Assembly: GCA_965178125.1 (NCBI GenBank)
Contig: OZ237765.1
Coordinates: 496,001-560,000 of the forward strand
Length of the DNA: 64,000 nt
Reading direction: 5' to 3'
Source: Bilabrum cf. latius
Taxonomy: Eukaryota
Below the pieces are notes generated by a model that was not told where the DNA came from, did no database searches, and saw nothing but the letters and a program-made list of their open reading frames with translations. Positions 42,219 to 56,043 of the stretch are shown in pieces. The stretch's first letter is position 1. The number at the start of each line of letters is the position of its first letter. The position numbers were made by a program, and so were the translations under genes.

Positions 42219-44611
42219 TCACGACACCACGCAACCACAACCGGAGCATCCGCATCCGGGTGATCCAGCCTCTGTTGGGGACTCCACACCCATACTTTCA
42301 ACATTCGTAGTGACTTTCAAACTTCGAAAGCCAGAACTGCGAAGTCGCTCCAGTTCCTTCACCTCTACATACATCTTGGCGGGTCCCGATCCAGGTTGGC
42401 TTTCTACTAGGGTGCTTGGATCGATTGCTGTATACCCGTCACGCGCAAGCTGTCCAGCAGTGCAACCAGCGGAAGGTCCCAGGCACAGTGACATGTGGCC
42501 TGTACCGCCACTTTCTTGCTCGTTGCACGGCGGTACCTTTACGCGTACTGCACCCACCTCTCCCATCTGAGCCTCGCGAAACTTCCATGGACATCCGCTA
42601 AAAACTGATGCGTGAAGTGTAGGCCGGTCCCCCATTGGCCCTTCTGCATCACCTTTGCCACACAGAGACATGCGAATTGTGACGGCGCATCCGCATTCTA
42701 CTCTAGATCCGTCCTCAGATAAGAGCTCATCCCGGGCGCCATCCAGTCTTGGACTATCACCAGTGTGTGCCGACTGATCTTGGGCTAAGCAATCCGACAG
42801 AAAGTGCTGCAGCACTTCTTCACTGATTCTGGTCTCTAAAACAAGGCCGTTCTAGATGATTTGGTGTGCATCTTCTAGATTTATGCTAGCCGTACTAATG
42901 CTAAGATCCTCAGTGTCCTCAATGGACGCGCTGCCATCCTCATCATCCTCGAGGTTTACGGTGCCAAGCACAGCCAATACGAAGTCAGGAGAGGATGCTG
43001 TGCTCGCAGATGTACTGACGCTGTATCGAACAAGAGGTGCGTGGGACATAGGACTCTCCCATACGTCCTCACACTTACCTTCTACAAGATCTTGGAAGCA
43101 CCCGCAGGTACACACTCTCAGGTTCTCATGGCACGCAGAAGGATCGCACTTCGAACAGTCCTCTTCAAGGAGAAAGTCTTGTTCAACTACCCACGGCGGC
43201 GTTGGGGGTGCCAATGACGTTCCAATGTCACGAAGTATTACCTTTCCTCCTTCTTTCCCGGCGATGGTTTCATCCCGATACTTCTCAGCAAGTGCTTGAA
43301 CATCCGTGCCACCACACTCGACAATCATCGGGAGAACCGTTTCATCCTTGGCATTTGCAAAGAGCACCTGCAGCACATTGATCCCTCGTAGAATTCTCAT
43401 TCGCTGAGCCAATATTGCGATTGTCTTTGAGACGATCGGCGCAGCAAAGGATGTCCCAAAATCCTTTCGTGCACTGCGTCGAGTAGGCACACCTCGAAGC
43501 AGATACGTCCCCTAGAGGTCGTTACCGAGAGCAAGAAGGTCGATGCTGCCCCCGTAGTTAGAGTGGTAGGACATATGTGTGCCACCACTGGCTGGATTCG
43601 GCGTGTCATGGGATCCCACGCAGATAACATCTTCGATCACGCACGGGTAGTAGTCTGATGCTTTACTATTGTCATTGCCAGCTGCTGCCACTGAGACTAT
43701 GCCTAGGCCAAGGAGATCTTGGACTATGACCTTGATTTCTCTCTTGATCTCATTGCACCTGTCCCTGGGCGTTCCATCTGCACAGTAGTCTGCCAACGAC
43801 ATCTGCAGAATGCCGAGGACTGCACCTTTCCGGAAAGCAGAGCCCCACCGTGCTTCTGCTGCTTCGTTTACCTCCTGTGCCACCCTGTGGGCTTTAGCCA
43901 TGCCCCACCCTACGAAGGACTGGAATGCTGTCATTTTACTATACTCATCTCGTTCACGAGATGGATCAGCGCCCTCGGCGCCACGGGATCTAGATTCACT
44001 GGAAGTCACCGCACTTGTATCGGACACCACGGCAGCGACACCAGCAGTGCCAGACCCAGCAGCACCGGAGCCTCCAGCAGCAGCGACTATTCCTTCACCT
44101 TCCGACGCAACCTCTCCCTGAGATTTCTCCCTCTTGATGTGTTCCCAGTACGGATGCCTGGCAAGATCTTCCCCCCATTCGTAGCTGATCACCTTGATCG
44201 GGACGATGATGCTCTCGAGATCCTCGGCGGCATACATGGCAACGGTGGTTCCGTGAAGGTCCTTATCAAAGCTGGTCTCGAATGCAACACTGGGGTTGGA
44301 AAGGGCTGCATGCGCTACGCGCCTTTCATCATCAGTCATCGTTGGCCTCAGCGTGGTCTAGAGTGGCTTTGGGATCGTGAATCCCTTGGTCACCCTACTC
44401 CTGGACCCAAGCGCAGGATGGCCCCCAGCCACTTGAAACAGAGCCTCTTCGTAGGTGTCAAACGCCCGCTGCGATTGAAAGCCTGCAAACGCGTGATGCA
44501 CCCCGGTGTCGAGCACAATCATCACTATGTGCCGGCCTGTGAAATCTAGGGCAGGTGTATGGTCATCAGCGCCCGCACCAGAAGCAGCACCAGCACCAGC
44601 ACCAGCACCAG

Positions 44612-44648
<37 letters not shown>

Positions 44649-46136
44649 ACCAGCACCAGCACCAGCACCAGCACCCAGGTCAGCTTCTGTTGCAGCAGCA
44701 GTCCTGGTCTCGTCCCCTTCGGTCTTGCCCCTCGCAGCAGCAGCATCACCAGCACCAGCACCAGCACCAGCACCAGCACCAGCACCAGCACCAGCACCAG
44801 CTCCAGCACCAGCACCAGCACCAGCACCAGCACCAGCACCAGCACCAGCACCAGCACCAGCACCAGCACCAGCACCCAGGTCAGCTTCTGATGCAGCAGC
44901 AGTCCTGGTCTCGTCCCCTTCGGTCTCGCCCCTCGCAGCCCCAGCCATTGCGCCTGACACTGCAGGGAATACTTCACCCTTGCTGCCTCCACCCGATGAT
45001 TTTAAGTGGACCGGATCACCGCCAATTTCACCGTCGGACTCGCCTGCTGCAGCAGTAGCAGCACCCCCACTGGCCCCAGCTGATGATGCCCCCATGCGGT
45101 GATCTCCTCCCGACAAAGCACTCATGCGGTGCACTCCATCCAGCCTGGCTCGGACCATGGATGCAGCGCCTGCCTGCATGAACGCAGACGTGGAGTTCGA
45201 CTGCAACAGAGAGCCGCCGGAGCCACCACTACTAGGCAAGATGGCCTCAGCAGCAGCACTCGACCGCCCGCCTTGTTTCCTCGCCCGCCCCCTAATTGAC
45301 CGCCCCGCCAGTTTGACCGGGCGGTCCCGGTGAAATAGCCTGATGCGCTTGTTGGATTGCAGCATAGCATCGGCTGCCTTGCCCACGCAGGCACTGAATG
45401 CAATCGTGGCAGGCTGGGGGATCCGGTACGAGCCTGTCTTGGCGCTGCGCCTTGCGAGTGACCGAATGTTCTCGAGGACGGTGATCACGGGGGCTACCGC
45501 ATGCGAGGGGGCGGCCTTGTAGGTCTCCACGGCGAAACGGTCAAGGGCAGTCTGGCTGAAGTCGAGCTGGGCGGCATACCCGCCTGTTCCGGCGGATGGT
45601 CTCGGGCCATAGCCCCCAATGACAAGACCGAAAAGGAACAGCTACTCGGGATCGAATTCCATACCGTCGTCTCTCTCTCCTGCGTTGCCAGTGGCGACGC
45701 TTACTGCTGCTGGCTTGCCCGAGGCTGCGATCCCCCTTGCTATGGCAAGCGCACGGATGGCTTCTACCACTACGAGCGTCTCCGGGGATGGAGCCTGCAT
45801 GGAGCGATCGAACTCACGATCAAGCAACGCTCCAACCAGGGCATCAATGCTGGGGGTAGCGGCAGTGGTTGGGAGCTAGCTGGTGGATGGACTGTCGTTG
45901 AGGTCGGGCGTGCCAGGGATAACGGGAGCTGAACCGTGTCCAGTGCCGTTTGAATTGTCTCGTGTTTCCTCTTGTTCGTCCTGTTCCTTGTTCTCTTTAA
46001 TGATGGAGCGGACCTAGTCCAGCAGGTGCGTGGCCTCTGCTGCGATGCACGCAGCCACCCGTCGTGGCTCTTGCTGCCGGGCTGCGCGAGCAATAGACAG
46101 CACTGCGGTCGTCTCCGGCTCGAGGTAGTACATCAT
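42219..46136 (-). CDS. Peptidase S8 subtilase (copy B)
   Basis: Paralogue of 5823-9770 with an intact catalytic triad, the same TAG positions plus TAG at 45876; ends CGCVVS-TGA. Confidence 0.8.
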
Positions 46137-47481
46137 TGGGGTACAGGTGTGGACCTTGGCACCCCCAGCAGACGTTTTTGACTCTCCCTCTCCTGCATTA
46201 CCATGGGATTCGCTAGCGAGACTTGATGCTTTGCCTGCATTCCGTAGAATTGATGACAATTTGCGGCAAAGAAGGGAAATGCGACAAGTGACCAGATAGA
46301 CATTGGGAATACATATGGATCGTACTACTCACTGCTTGGATAGCCCGAATCGGAGTGGTTGGGAGCCAATACCTGTTGGGATCCGATGCCGTCCGGGCGC
46401 CGCCTTGCCAGGCAAAGCACGGCCACTGACAGTACAAGCGCGGTAATCGAAAAAAGCATGCTTTATCAGAAGTAAAACAGAAGACACTGGATATGATGGG
46501 AGCTCCTTATGGCAGTAATGATGCAGAAGATTCTGGCAGTTACATGTTTTCCCGGCGCCGCGCAGGTTACGGAACCAAGACGGTCGCAACAGCAACTGGA
46601 GCCGGTACGGTAGGGCTAGCGACAACACGATTGGACCCGACTGCGTCGTCAAGGATCGGCAGGATAGGCTCGAGGCGGCGCTCGCGCGAATGCAGGAGCA
46701 GGCCCTGCCAGTGGTTCCGCCTACTAGAGATGGGCTCCTCCTGACGGTGCAAGAAGACTCTCGCGGCGGTGCGGGGCGATGTCTAGCTAGCCGTTTGCGC
46801 AGTTGCTGAACACGAAGATACGGCCTGGTCACTTGTGGTGCACCTTGGCGATATGACGTACTGCACCAAGACGCTCTTGGCGCTGCGAAGTCACCCCACC
46901 GCTACGATGGCGAAGTCTTCTCCCACCGCCGCCTCCGTGTTGAGCTCTTCGACGAAATCGCCCGTTGTGACACCAGCCAGTGGATGGTGCAGCTCCATCC
47001 CTTTGTTCTATGCTTGCACTGGAGTACGTGCAGCCGGCGTTTTGCGCCGTCACGTAGGCGACGCTCCCCAGCAACGGCACACCAAGTCGAGCATCAAGCG
47101 AAAGACTGCAAGTGGCAAAAACCGTCAAGGCACTGCAGATTCAGACGAGGAGAAAGCATCGTAGTCACCCCAGTACAGAGTCTAGCTGGCGTGTCAGGTA
47201 GTTGCCGTTGGCAATAGTCGCAACAGTTGCTTTCGTATGGTGTTTTATCAGCGGACACGTATCCATTCTGAGCATTGTACTTATGCGTTGCGCCAAGTCT
47301 AAGAATTTCGTGCAACATGGCTCTCCCATGCACGGACTAGCAGGTATGGTTCGCTATCGTTGTCTGTGAGACACATTCGGCAGTACTCCAACATGCGACT
47401 TCCTCTATATGTTTTACAAGACCCAACTAGTCCAATGGTGTATGAATATGACTGTTAAGGAAGGTCAGAGCACGGCCACTA

Positions 47482-49274
47482 CTTGGGCGATTTGTTCGAA
47501 ATTGTGTTTCTAATTTTTGCTCCGAATGCAATGCGCGGCGTCCAAACGAAGCGGAACATGTTCTAAAGCTGATGCAAACTTGTCTATTACTCCTGTATGC
47601 ATTCTACCAAGAACGGCACGCATGGGGTAGTAAATTGATTGCAGCAGGAAGCTACTATGGCATCATTCGACTCAAATAACTACAAACCCCTTCTTAGGAA
47701 CCTGCTAGCTGAGGTCAGAGCCATTGTTTCTTTCTTGTCGATTTGGCATGTCTCCTTGAGTCGCATGTTGTGCCATGTGTATGCTATCTTTACCATTGCA
47801 CCAGCTCGGTCCCCGCAGTCGAATTCTGACGGCGCTTTTTTTGATCATCGCAAGGACCACATGGGACACCACACGCGAGGTGCCATATCGTTGCAGACGG
47901 CTCTTGGGCATGTCAGACGTGGAGTTTCCATTGTAAGCATTTCTTTGAACTCAGCTAAAGATACGGACGCACTGAAGGAATTGTCACTCCTTGTTCGTGA
48001 TGCCGGCTGCAGACTCAAGTCGCTTCGGCTCATCGACGGACCGATCAGCAGCTCAGCCTGCACTCTCCTCAAGGGATTAGTGTCACATACCAGCGATCGT
48101 CCTCATATTGAGACCTTGCATTGTTGTTATTGTACGTTTGCAGCAGACTGCATGAAAGCCCTTTCACAGTGCATGCTTCATGCTGGCAGAGCAACCTCCT
48201 TGAGCTCGCTACTCATCACCCATACAGCTGCTGGTAGCATGACCACGTAGTGCGTGCAATCCCTTTGTGATGTGCTGGCCAGTCCAGATTGCAGTTTGTC
48301 AACTCTAGTACTCAGGTAGCCTCTGACTCGCTATCCGCGTGAAGCAGCGCCGACGGAAATGCTGATTCAACGGAACACGGCAATAGTCGATGCAATCCGC
48401 AGGAATACAAGCTTAAGGCAGTTCGATGTAGGTCGGTGCGATGTGGATGCCCCCCAGATCGTTGCTTGGTGCGATGCATTGATCAGCAGCAAGACGTTGG
48501 TGCAGGTCACCATCATTTTCAAACCTTACACGAAGGAGGCGAAGCAGCAGGTTGTGTATCAAGTGTCTCGAATGATTGCCCATATTCAAAGTATCCGGAG
48601 GCTGCGGTTGGGATACCCGATAGACCAAGTCCTTACTGAGCCAAAGCGATGTCCCATTGACCTGCTGTGTGAAGGAATCGCCTAGAACAAGACTCTGCGG
48701 AGCTTCGAGATTCTGTACGGGCCGGAATACCGTGGTAGGGAGGCGGAGGCTTCCCGGCAGTACATGAAGGTGCTTGCAGCTGTAAAAAGCCATCCATATA
48801 TTGCGTACTTTGACTGGAATACCGTGCATCCCCTGTGGGTCTGGAGACGCTCCCTGCCCGCGCTGCTCCCACGGTATCAAGCGTACCAGGCTCGGCAATC
48901 TCGAATCAGGTCAATCCTATAGCACCGGGCCGCGGCAACAGCTGCACGCGATGCTGCGCTGGTGTGGCGGGCAGCAGCCGAAGGGCGACCATTGGAGCTT
49001 GCCAAGCGACTGCGAGTAGGGGTCATGGCTGGGGGCGCGGACCGAGTCATGGAAGTGGATGGGATTTGGTTGGACGCGGAGTCTGCAGCTGAGTCTGGGG
49101 GGCATGCTGTCTGTGTGGAGCTTCTAAGGAAAGCAAAAGCGAGGGAATCGAACAGGCGTGCGATTTACTTCTCCGGCTCAGGGACTGTGAAGCGGGTTCC
49201 GAAATCCGATGGCACGGATCTTGATCGAGCTGCTTGTTGTGGGTGCTTCGGTTGAAGCGAGTGCGCCATCCCAC
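47482..49274. repeat. Partial copy C of the cassette, head-to-tail after copy B
   Basis: Direct repeat of ~40256-42030; similarity stops after GCCATCCCAC at 49274. Confidence 0.9.
47657..49255 (+). CDS. RNI-like LRR protein (copy C)
   Basis: Paralogue; TAG at 48248, 48317, 48683 and one further site; TGA stop. Confidence 0.7.
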
Positions 49275-49995
49275 TGTGTACAGCCTTTTCAGTTTCTTTC
49301 AGAGCGCCATGGCCACTTGGCCTAGATCTACACTCACCCGCAGGCGACTTGATTTGATTTGAGCTCCGAATTCTTGCGCGGCGTTTCCGAAATTTGCGGA
49401 ACCAATTCAATCTCTGGTCCTTGTCTGGCCAATGAGCAAAATTCCAACGCACATAAGCGATAATGAGCTCCATTAGAAGAGGTGGTAAGTCAAAGTTGCT
49501 TATATCTGACATGTGCACTGCCATAGCTCTTGATATGCGTTATGCGTTGCAAGCGCTGACTCAACCACCCCATCGCTAGCAGTTCAAGCCCTGTCACGAA
49601 CCGCCGGATGTATGGGCGTCCGTCGTCCCGGTAAGAACCTTAGCATCAAAATGTAAAGTATACTGCCCAGGGCGAAATATCCGATCTCCAGCTCACATTG
49701 ACAGTAAATCTGCCGCACTCTTCATCCAAGCGCAGCTGGATTTCTGACAGTCCCTCGTCGCGTGACCGCTGGGCGCGGCGCGGCGTATGGAAAACGACGA
49801 TCCCATTTGGCGGTAGCTAAAGGCACTGCGGTTGCTGCGTTTGTGGCCGCAAGGGCAGTTTCGCGTGAGAGGCAAGCGTGCGCCGCCGTTCTCGAGACGT
49901 GTCGCGAGCACCCGCACACCCGCCACCCACGGGAGCTAATTGAAACGAATGCACGCATTTCAAGCCTAACACGTACCACCCTTGCCCCTGCCTTC

Positions 49996-50502
49996 ATGTA
50001 CGCAGCTCCGGACAAGGATGAGGAGGAAGCGAGCGGCACTCCCTCAACGGAGGGGTATGCCGCGGGGTTTGGGTCCGGAAGCGGCGGACCGGAATCGGAC
50101 AATGACACCGAGATTCCCGGCCTTGATTTGCAAGGTCTCTTGCAGGTGGGAAAGCAGCTGGCGACTCCCGAGTTTATGGCTCAGCTCGGATTCGGCGGCG
50201 CCATGGGGTTCTGCGCCGGGTACGCCCTCAAGAAGGTGGGCAGGACGGCGGTCCTCGCGGTGGGCATCACTTTCGTGGCAGTGCAGGCAGCCATCCACTA
50301 CAAGGTACTGAAGGCCGACGCCGTCAACTGGGACGAGATCAAGGGCTGGGCCACCAGTGCGCTGGACACGGACGGGGACGGGGAGGTGTCCGCTGCTGAC
50401 CTCAAGGCTCACTGGAAGAGCGTGGTTAAGATGCTCGGATTCAACATGGGCTCGGCGGGGGCGTTTGCCGGGGCCATGCTGCTGGGCTTGCACTCCGGAT
50501 GA
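49996..50502 (+). CDS. FUN14/FUNDC-family mitochondrial outer-membrane protein with EF-hand-like insert
   Basis: QLGFGGAMGFCAGYALKKVG..VNW..LDTDGDGEV..GAFAGAMLLG; TGA stop. Confidence 0.85.
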   Translation: MYAAPDKDEEEASGTPSTEGYAAGFGSGSGGPESDNDTEIPGLDLQGLLQVGKQLATPEFMAQLGFGGAMGFCAGYALKKVGRTAVLAVGITFVAVQAAIHYKVLKADAVNWDEIKGWATSALDTDGDGEVSAADLKAHWKSVVKMLGFNMGSAGAFAGAMLLGLHSG

Positions 50503-50671
50503 GTGCAGCGCATTGCAGTTGTGCAGCGAGTTCTACACGCAGGGCTTGCAATGGTACTTTGACTGCTTGCACAGAGACTTCAACCGAGACAAGCGGCGCT
50601 CCGTTTTGCAAACATGGTCACCGCCCGCAATTCGTTGTGTTTTGCGTGACGACTGACATGTGTTCCCTGGC

Positions 50672-52682
50672 TCAGAATCCAGACCCGAGCGCCCCGGATG
50701 CACCGAACCCGCCGAGCGTGCTTCCCATCCGTCCCGACCGCAAGCTCGAGGCGCCGCCGCCGGCACCATCGTTCGATGCACCCACCGCTCCACTACCACC
50801 TCTGCGGCTGCTCGAGCTGTCCAATCCACCCCCACCTCTGCCCCCACCGGCCCCAATGAACACCCTGAACTCGTTCGGAGCATCGCGCCTGGCCTGCTAC
50901 TGCATCGCTCGACGGGCCCGGCCCGCAGCCGACTGCCCTAGACCCAGGCTGCTCGTGCTAACAGACCCGCCGCCTCCGCTCAGCGATGATCCGATCCTGC
51001 TCCGGCTGCCCATCCGCCTCAGCCCGCCCCCTGCCTCATCTCCTGCCCTGCCCCTGGACCGCCTCCCCGCCTCGTCCTCGTCTATACCGCCCCTGCTCCT
51101 GCCGCCGTCAGTCGAGTCCGAGGCCCGCGAGGAGTTCATGCCGGCCCTCCGACCATGACGAATGTGGCTGCCTGCGGTTCCCGACGCGCCGGGGCTGGAT
51201 AGCTGGGACTGTCCCGAGGCAGCCAGCCTGCTTGACCCGTGGGGGGACGCGCCATCGTGCGCTGCACCCCCGAGCCTGCCGCCCCTCCCGCCCGTCCTGA
51301 CCCCCCTCTTGAGCCCTGCCATCTTGATGTCGTTCTGCTTTTCCTCCCGTTTCTACCTCTTGTAGGCGGCCTCGTCTCTCTTCCACCTGTCAGCCACCTC
51401 CCTCAGGTCAAGCACCCTCCTCCTCACACTCTCCAAACACGCAATCAGGTAGTCCGCATGCCTGTCCACCGAGGCCATTTCCGCCTGTGTCATGCCGTTC
51501 TCGCCAGAAGCCTAGGGCTGGGACTATGATGCTGCTGCTGATGATGGCTCGCCGGCTCGCCCGCTGCGTCCCCTGATTCCCTTCCCACCGCCACGCCCAC
51601 CACCACCACCACCTCCGCTGCTGCTGGACGACTTCTTCGCGTTGGGAGGCGGCACCACGAGGTGCTGAATGTGCCTCGAATCCGTGTCCATGATCCGCCT
51701 GTATAGATTAGTGACCGAAGTTGCCGCCAGCCCGCTCTCCACCAGCACGTGCTGCGCCTGCTGCTGGGAGCTGGCGGCCACCCTCATCGCCCTCGATGCC
51801 TCCTGCTGCAACTGCTCTAATTTCGAGGCGTGTGCCTGCAGCTGGCTGCTCATCTGCATCTGCCTAGACTCAAAGTCGGACCGCAGTGCGGCGATTTGTT
51901 CCCTGAGCGTGCTCGCCTCCTGCTGCCCCTCGGTCGCGACTTTGGATTCCCCGTCCCGGTTCCGCTGGAGCACCGCGAAGCGAGCAACGATCTCGTCCGG
52001 TTCTTTAAAATCCCCACCGCTGCTCTCCGAAGCCCACTGCAGGAATTCCTGGTACCGCCGCAGCCGGCTCAGCTGCGCCTCCTCCTTGGCCTTGTCGGAC
52101 TGCAGCTGCTCGAGGTTGGTGCGGAGCAGCTCCTCCTGCTGCTGCAGCTTGGCGAGCTCGGCTTTTTCCTGGGCCGCTTTCGCAAGGCCTCTGTTTCTCT
52201 TCGCATCGTTGTCGCTGATAAAGTCCCTGAACCGCTCCACGAGCTCCTCAAGCTTGGACTTGTCCTTACGGAGCCTGCCTTCCTTTCTAGAAACCTCTTC
52301 CATGCGGGCCTTGTACTCGCGCTTCATGTACTCGAGAGCATCATCAACAACCCTAAGCTTCTGCTGCTGCTTGAGCATTTGCGTGTCCTGGTGCTCGTCC
52401 TGGCCGGCTAGAGGATCCTCATAATCCGGGAACCCCTCGGCAGTTTCCCCTTCTTTGGGCGAAACGCGCCCACTTGGCCTGCGGTGTCATTGTGACTAGC
52501 CACGCTTTGAATCGTATTCGGCTCTGGTCCGTTGAAAGCATGGGAATAGAGAGCAAAGCCAGCACTTACCCTTGCCCATCCGTTGCAGTTAGGAAAGTTT
52601 TATGCATACCGACGTTTTCAGCGCTTCCTCCATCAGCTGCAGCAATTGCTGCAGAATCAATCTTAGCTTCATCGGCATCCAT
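50672..52682 (-). CDS. CCDC42/CFAP73-like (DUF4200) coiled-coil flagellar protein, intron 52479-52569
   Basis: VDDALEYMKREYKARME..F..FISDNDAKRNR..YQEFL..EIVARF; four in-frame TAGs (51524, 51512, 51353, 50897); TGA stop. Confidence 0.75.
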
Positions 52683-52853
52683 CGTTTTAAATTGTATTTG
52701 GTTACTTAGGGGAGCTTGGACCCGATTCTTTGGATCGGTTGCAACTTCGCAACGGATCATCCCAAACTACACCTTACAGTTCATGCACTATGTAACGTGC
52801 ACGTACGAAATGGTTTTTGATCGGGCGGGGAGCAGGGGACGTATTGTATCGAC

Positions 52854-54445
52854 ATGCTGGCCCGTGTAGCTCGCCAGGTCGCTCGTGCCAGCTCTGGCAC
52901 TTTGCGAATTGCCCCTCGCGTTCGCGCGTTTGCTTCTGGTGAGTGTTTTGTCTCTTGGGATTGGTCAGCGTATGGATTTGTGAATGGCTCGATCGGCTCC
53001 GTTGGAACGTCCTCGAATACAGGATGGCATGAGGCCAATATGGGCCCAGTATTTCCTCGATGTATGTACTTATTAGAACATATTTCGTTATAGTCGCTCT
53101 CCATCAAGGGTTTCGACCTTGTGCGGCCTAGTCGGTGCGAGGTGCCGGCGAGCGCGGCACCTGTACCGAGCTGTGGCTGGCCCGTACGAATCGTTGCGCC
53201 CGCACTTTATCGCATTGTTGAGGACTGGTGAATGATGTTGAAGGCTCACCTGAGGCCAGAGTGCTGCCATTGAGTGGCCACACGTACCGAACTATCTGTC
53301 ACCGCTCGAGCCATCTTCACGAACACGCAGTGTCGCGGCCGTCCCTTCAGGCGGCAGCCGCTTCTTCGGATGATTCTGAGAAGGATGGTTACAAGCCCGG
53401 CCCACACAGCGATATGACTGATTACGGCATCGATAGGAGCAACCCCGAGAACGCCCCCTCGACGTTCACCAAGTGGCACGAGTATGGCACCACCGGGCGC
53501 ATCGCCCCCGATGGCTGGAAGGAATGGAGCGATTTGCCCGCCCCGTACAAGTACTACCAGGTTAAGGTCAACCCCAAGGATGTGGAGAAGTCCAACTTTT
53601 TCCTGGATCTCCTCGGCAACTACAAGACGGCCGTCCCCCTGTCTCTCGTGGTGGCCTTCCCCTTCCTCCTCAACGGCACCATCGTCATGGACGAGCACTT
53701 CGAGCTCGGTGCCATCTTCTTCACTGTGGTGTACATGCTCTCCGGTGCCGTCGGGGACAGCGTCAGGGAGGCCGTACTCGCCCCCGGCCTGCAGGCCCGG
53801 GACCAGCTCCTCAGCAAGGAGAAGGCATACAGGGAAGCACTGAGCGCCGCGCTGAGCGCCCACGAAGCGGCGCAGAACCTCCCCGAGGCAGCCGCTGAGT
53901 TCAACAAGGGCGTGCGCGCCCTCAGGCACGAGCAGGCCGCGGCTGACACCCGCCGCGCCCGCGCCGCCGTCCGCGCCAGGTACGTGGACATGCTCGAGTA
54001 CATGGTGACGGCGCAGAAGGCCGCGGGGGAGAGCGATCCCTCGGAGATCGTCGCGGCGGCGGCCGTGGAGGACGTGAGCGCCCAGCTGAGCGACGCCAAG
54101 GGTGCCCTCGCCAAGTCGGTGCTCAAGGACGCCATCGGCGCCCTCAAGACGGGCAAGGACGGCGACAAGAGCCTGCGGGCCGCGGCCAAGAGCGCCTTCT
54201 TCAAGGCGCATGCCAATCCCCCCAAGCTGGACGACGCCGCCGAGAGGCAGGAGCGCCGCGCGAAGCAGATCGAGACGTTCAAGCAGAGGTTCGGTTTCAC
54301 CGGGACTGTCTCGGGCAAGGACATTGATGCCGTGGTCGAGGACCCGGTGCAGCAGGCCGTGCTGCGGGCTAGGCTCGGCGGGGACGCGCCCGCGCCGGGG
54401 GCTGCCTTCCAGGAGAAGGTGCCCATCGAGATGCTGAGGCAGTGA
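52854..54445 (+). CDS. Mitochondrial ATP synthase subunit b, presequence exon plus intron from 52939
   Basis: Arg/Ala/Ser-rich presequence; AVPLSLVVAFPFL..MDEHFELGAIFF..GDSV followed by a long helical stalk; acceptor at 53330 or 53357; TGA stop. Confidence 0.7.
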
Positions 54446-55278
54446 TTTGATTGGTGTGGATTCGTTTGCGCAGGGCGGGGCAGGGTTTGCGTGGAGTGGC
54501 GCTTCGTACGGGCACGGGGTTGCGCTTTGGCGCACGCATGCATTGGACATTGAATCGGAGTGGCCGAAACCTTGAGCAATCTTTTTGTTTCGCCATTGCG
54601 CAGAGGCAATGCATTCTTCCTTCTATTTACTTCGCACGGCGCCACCAAACTGTCGCGAACAGGCTCATGCAATTTGGGGACCGTCCAGAGGAGCACAGGC
54701 ACCTGGCTGCGCAGGGAAGTCTGATGCTCGTACTGAACTGAACTAGCAGCGGCAATACTAACTTATGCGATGCTATGAGAACGCAGTGCATCGCGGAGAG
54801 TAACCCCTGGGTGGGAAAAGCGTGCCTAAACCCTTGGGCGATCTCATCGAGCGAGGATCCGTCCTGACGCTACCGCTTCTTGTGAACAAGAACAGGTTCT
54901 AGCTCATCATGATACGAGAGCATTCGAGGCCGCCAGGGAGAGGGTGGTACCAGTAGCGGAGGCAAGGAGGCAGCTCGCAATGGGGCTGGAGGCGGTGGCT
55001 GCGGGTTGCATGGCGGCTTCGGACGCGTGGTACCGCACGCACAAACTCGGAGTGACGATAGCGGGGTGGCTGGCTTGCGCGGCAGCGCTGCAGGCGACGG
55101 GGGCAGGGTATTATAATTCCGAGTTTGCTCGGTGCGTTTGCTGGCAGCTGGATCCGTCGTGTCTGCAATGTGTTTTTGTATTGATATGACCGCTTTTCAC
55201 AGTAATCGGCCAACTCACTCCACACATGTTCACTTGCCGAACGCGCGAGGTAGCTCATCACTCCCGGGCCGTCTACGC

Positions 55279-56043
55279 TCACTCGCCGCACGAGGCTGGG
55301 CGGCCGATGTACCTGTCGGGCGTTATGAAGGGCTACACCCCCTCCTTCATCCCTGGGAGGGCACGCTCGTCGGTGGACTCATCCTCATAAGTCCCAATGA
55401 CTCTCGGGTCGTTGGAGTCGCCGCACGCCGAAAGCTCGAGAGAGATGAGGCCGGCCTGCTTGCTTCCTGAGGACCAGAGGACTGCGCCCTGCCCGTCCAC
55501 AACGTACAGCAACTGCTCCGATGATTCATCGGCGGCAGGCAGCACCAGCTGACAGTCGCTTCCTTGCCCATTCGTGTCACTCGACCACACGACACGCTCC
55601 AGGTAGCGGTCCTTAACCTCCGGCTGTTCGGATAGGGGCAGCACCTCTCTATTGGCATCCCTCTTTAGGACAATCGGGTGCTTGTCCCTAGCTTGCGCCG
55701 AGTACTCGTAGAGTACTGCATTACAGTCTTCTTGCATTACGAGCTCATATCTCGTGAAATACACCATCGGGTCCTTCTTTTTGTCCCAAGAGTAGACACC
55801 GGCTATATCCTTGTAGATGCTCTCACCGGGCCCCAAGCGCTGGCTAGTCTTCATACCGGCAGTTCCATTTGCACTTGTGTAAGTGCTGATGTCATCCGTG
55901 AACGATGGGCCTTCTTTACTGGCAGGTTGGAGCACTTGCTGCTCATGGAGATGCTTGTGCCTGATGCCACCACGACGAAGCCCTTGCAGGCCCACGACTG
56001 AATGCATCATTAAAACACTGGACGCAATGGAAAATAGAACCAT
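55279..56043 (-). CDS. Secreted bulb-type (B) lectin domain protein; 3' end uncertain
   Basis: Signal peptide; LVMQEDCNAVLY..VVWSSDT..LYVVDGQGAVLWSS; TAG at 55333. Confidence 0.65.

Larger units (their letters stand above)
40248..47481. repeat. Copy B of the 7.2-kb cassette
   Basis: Reverse complement of 4491-11727; bounded by GGCCACTA at 40248 and 47474. Confidence 0.93.

Noticed and set aside
53246-54702. Long antisense or alternative-frame ORFs (also 192-1004, 28713-30005, 63222-63956)
   Set aside because: Shadows of GC-rich coding sequence on the opposite strand, with no recognisable motifs
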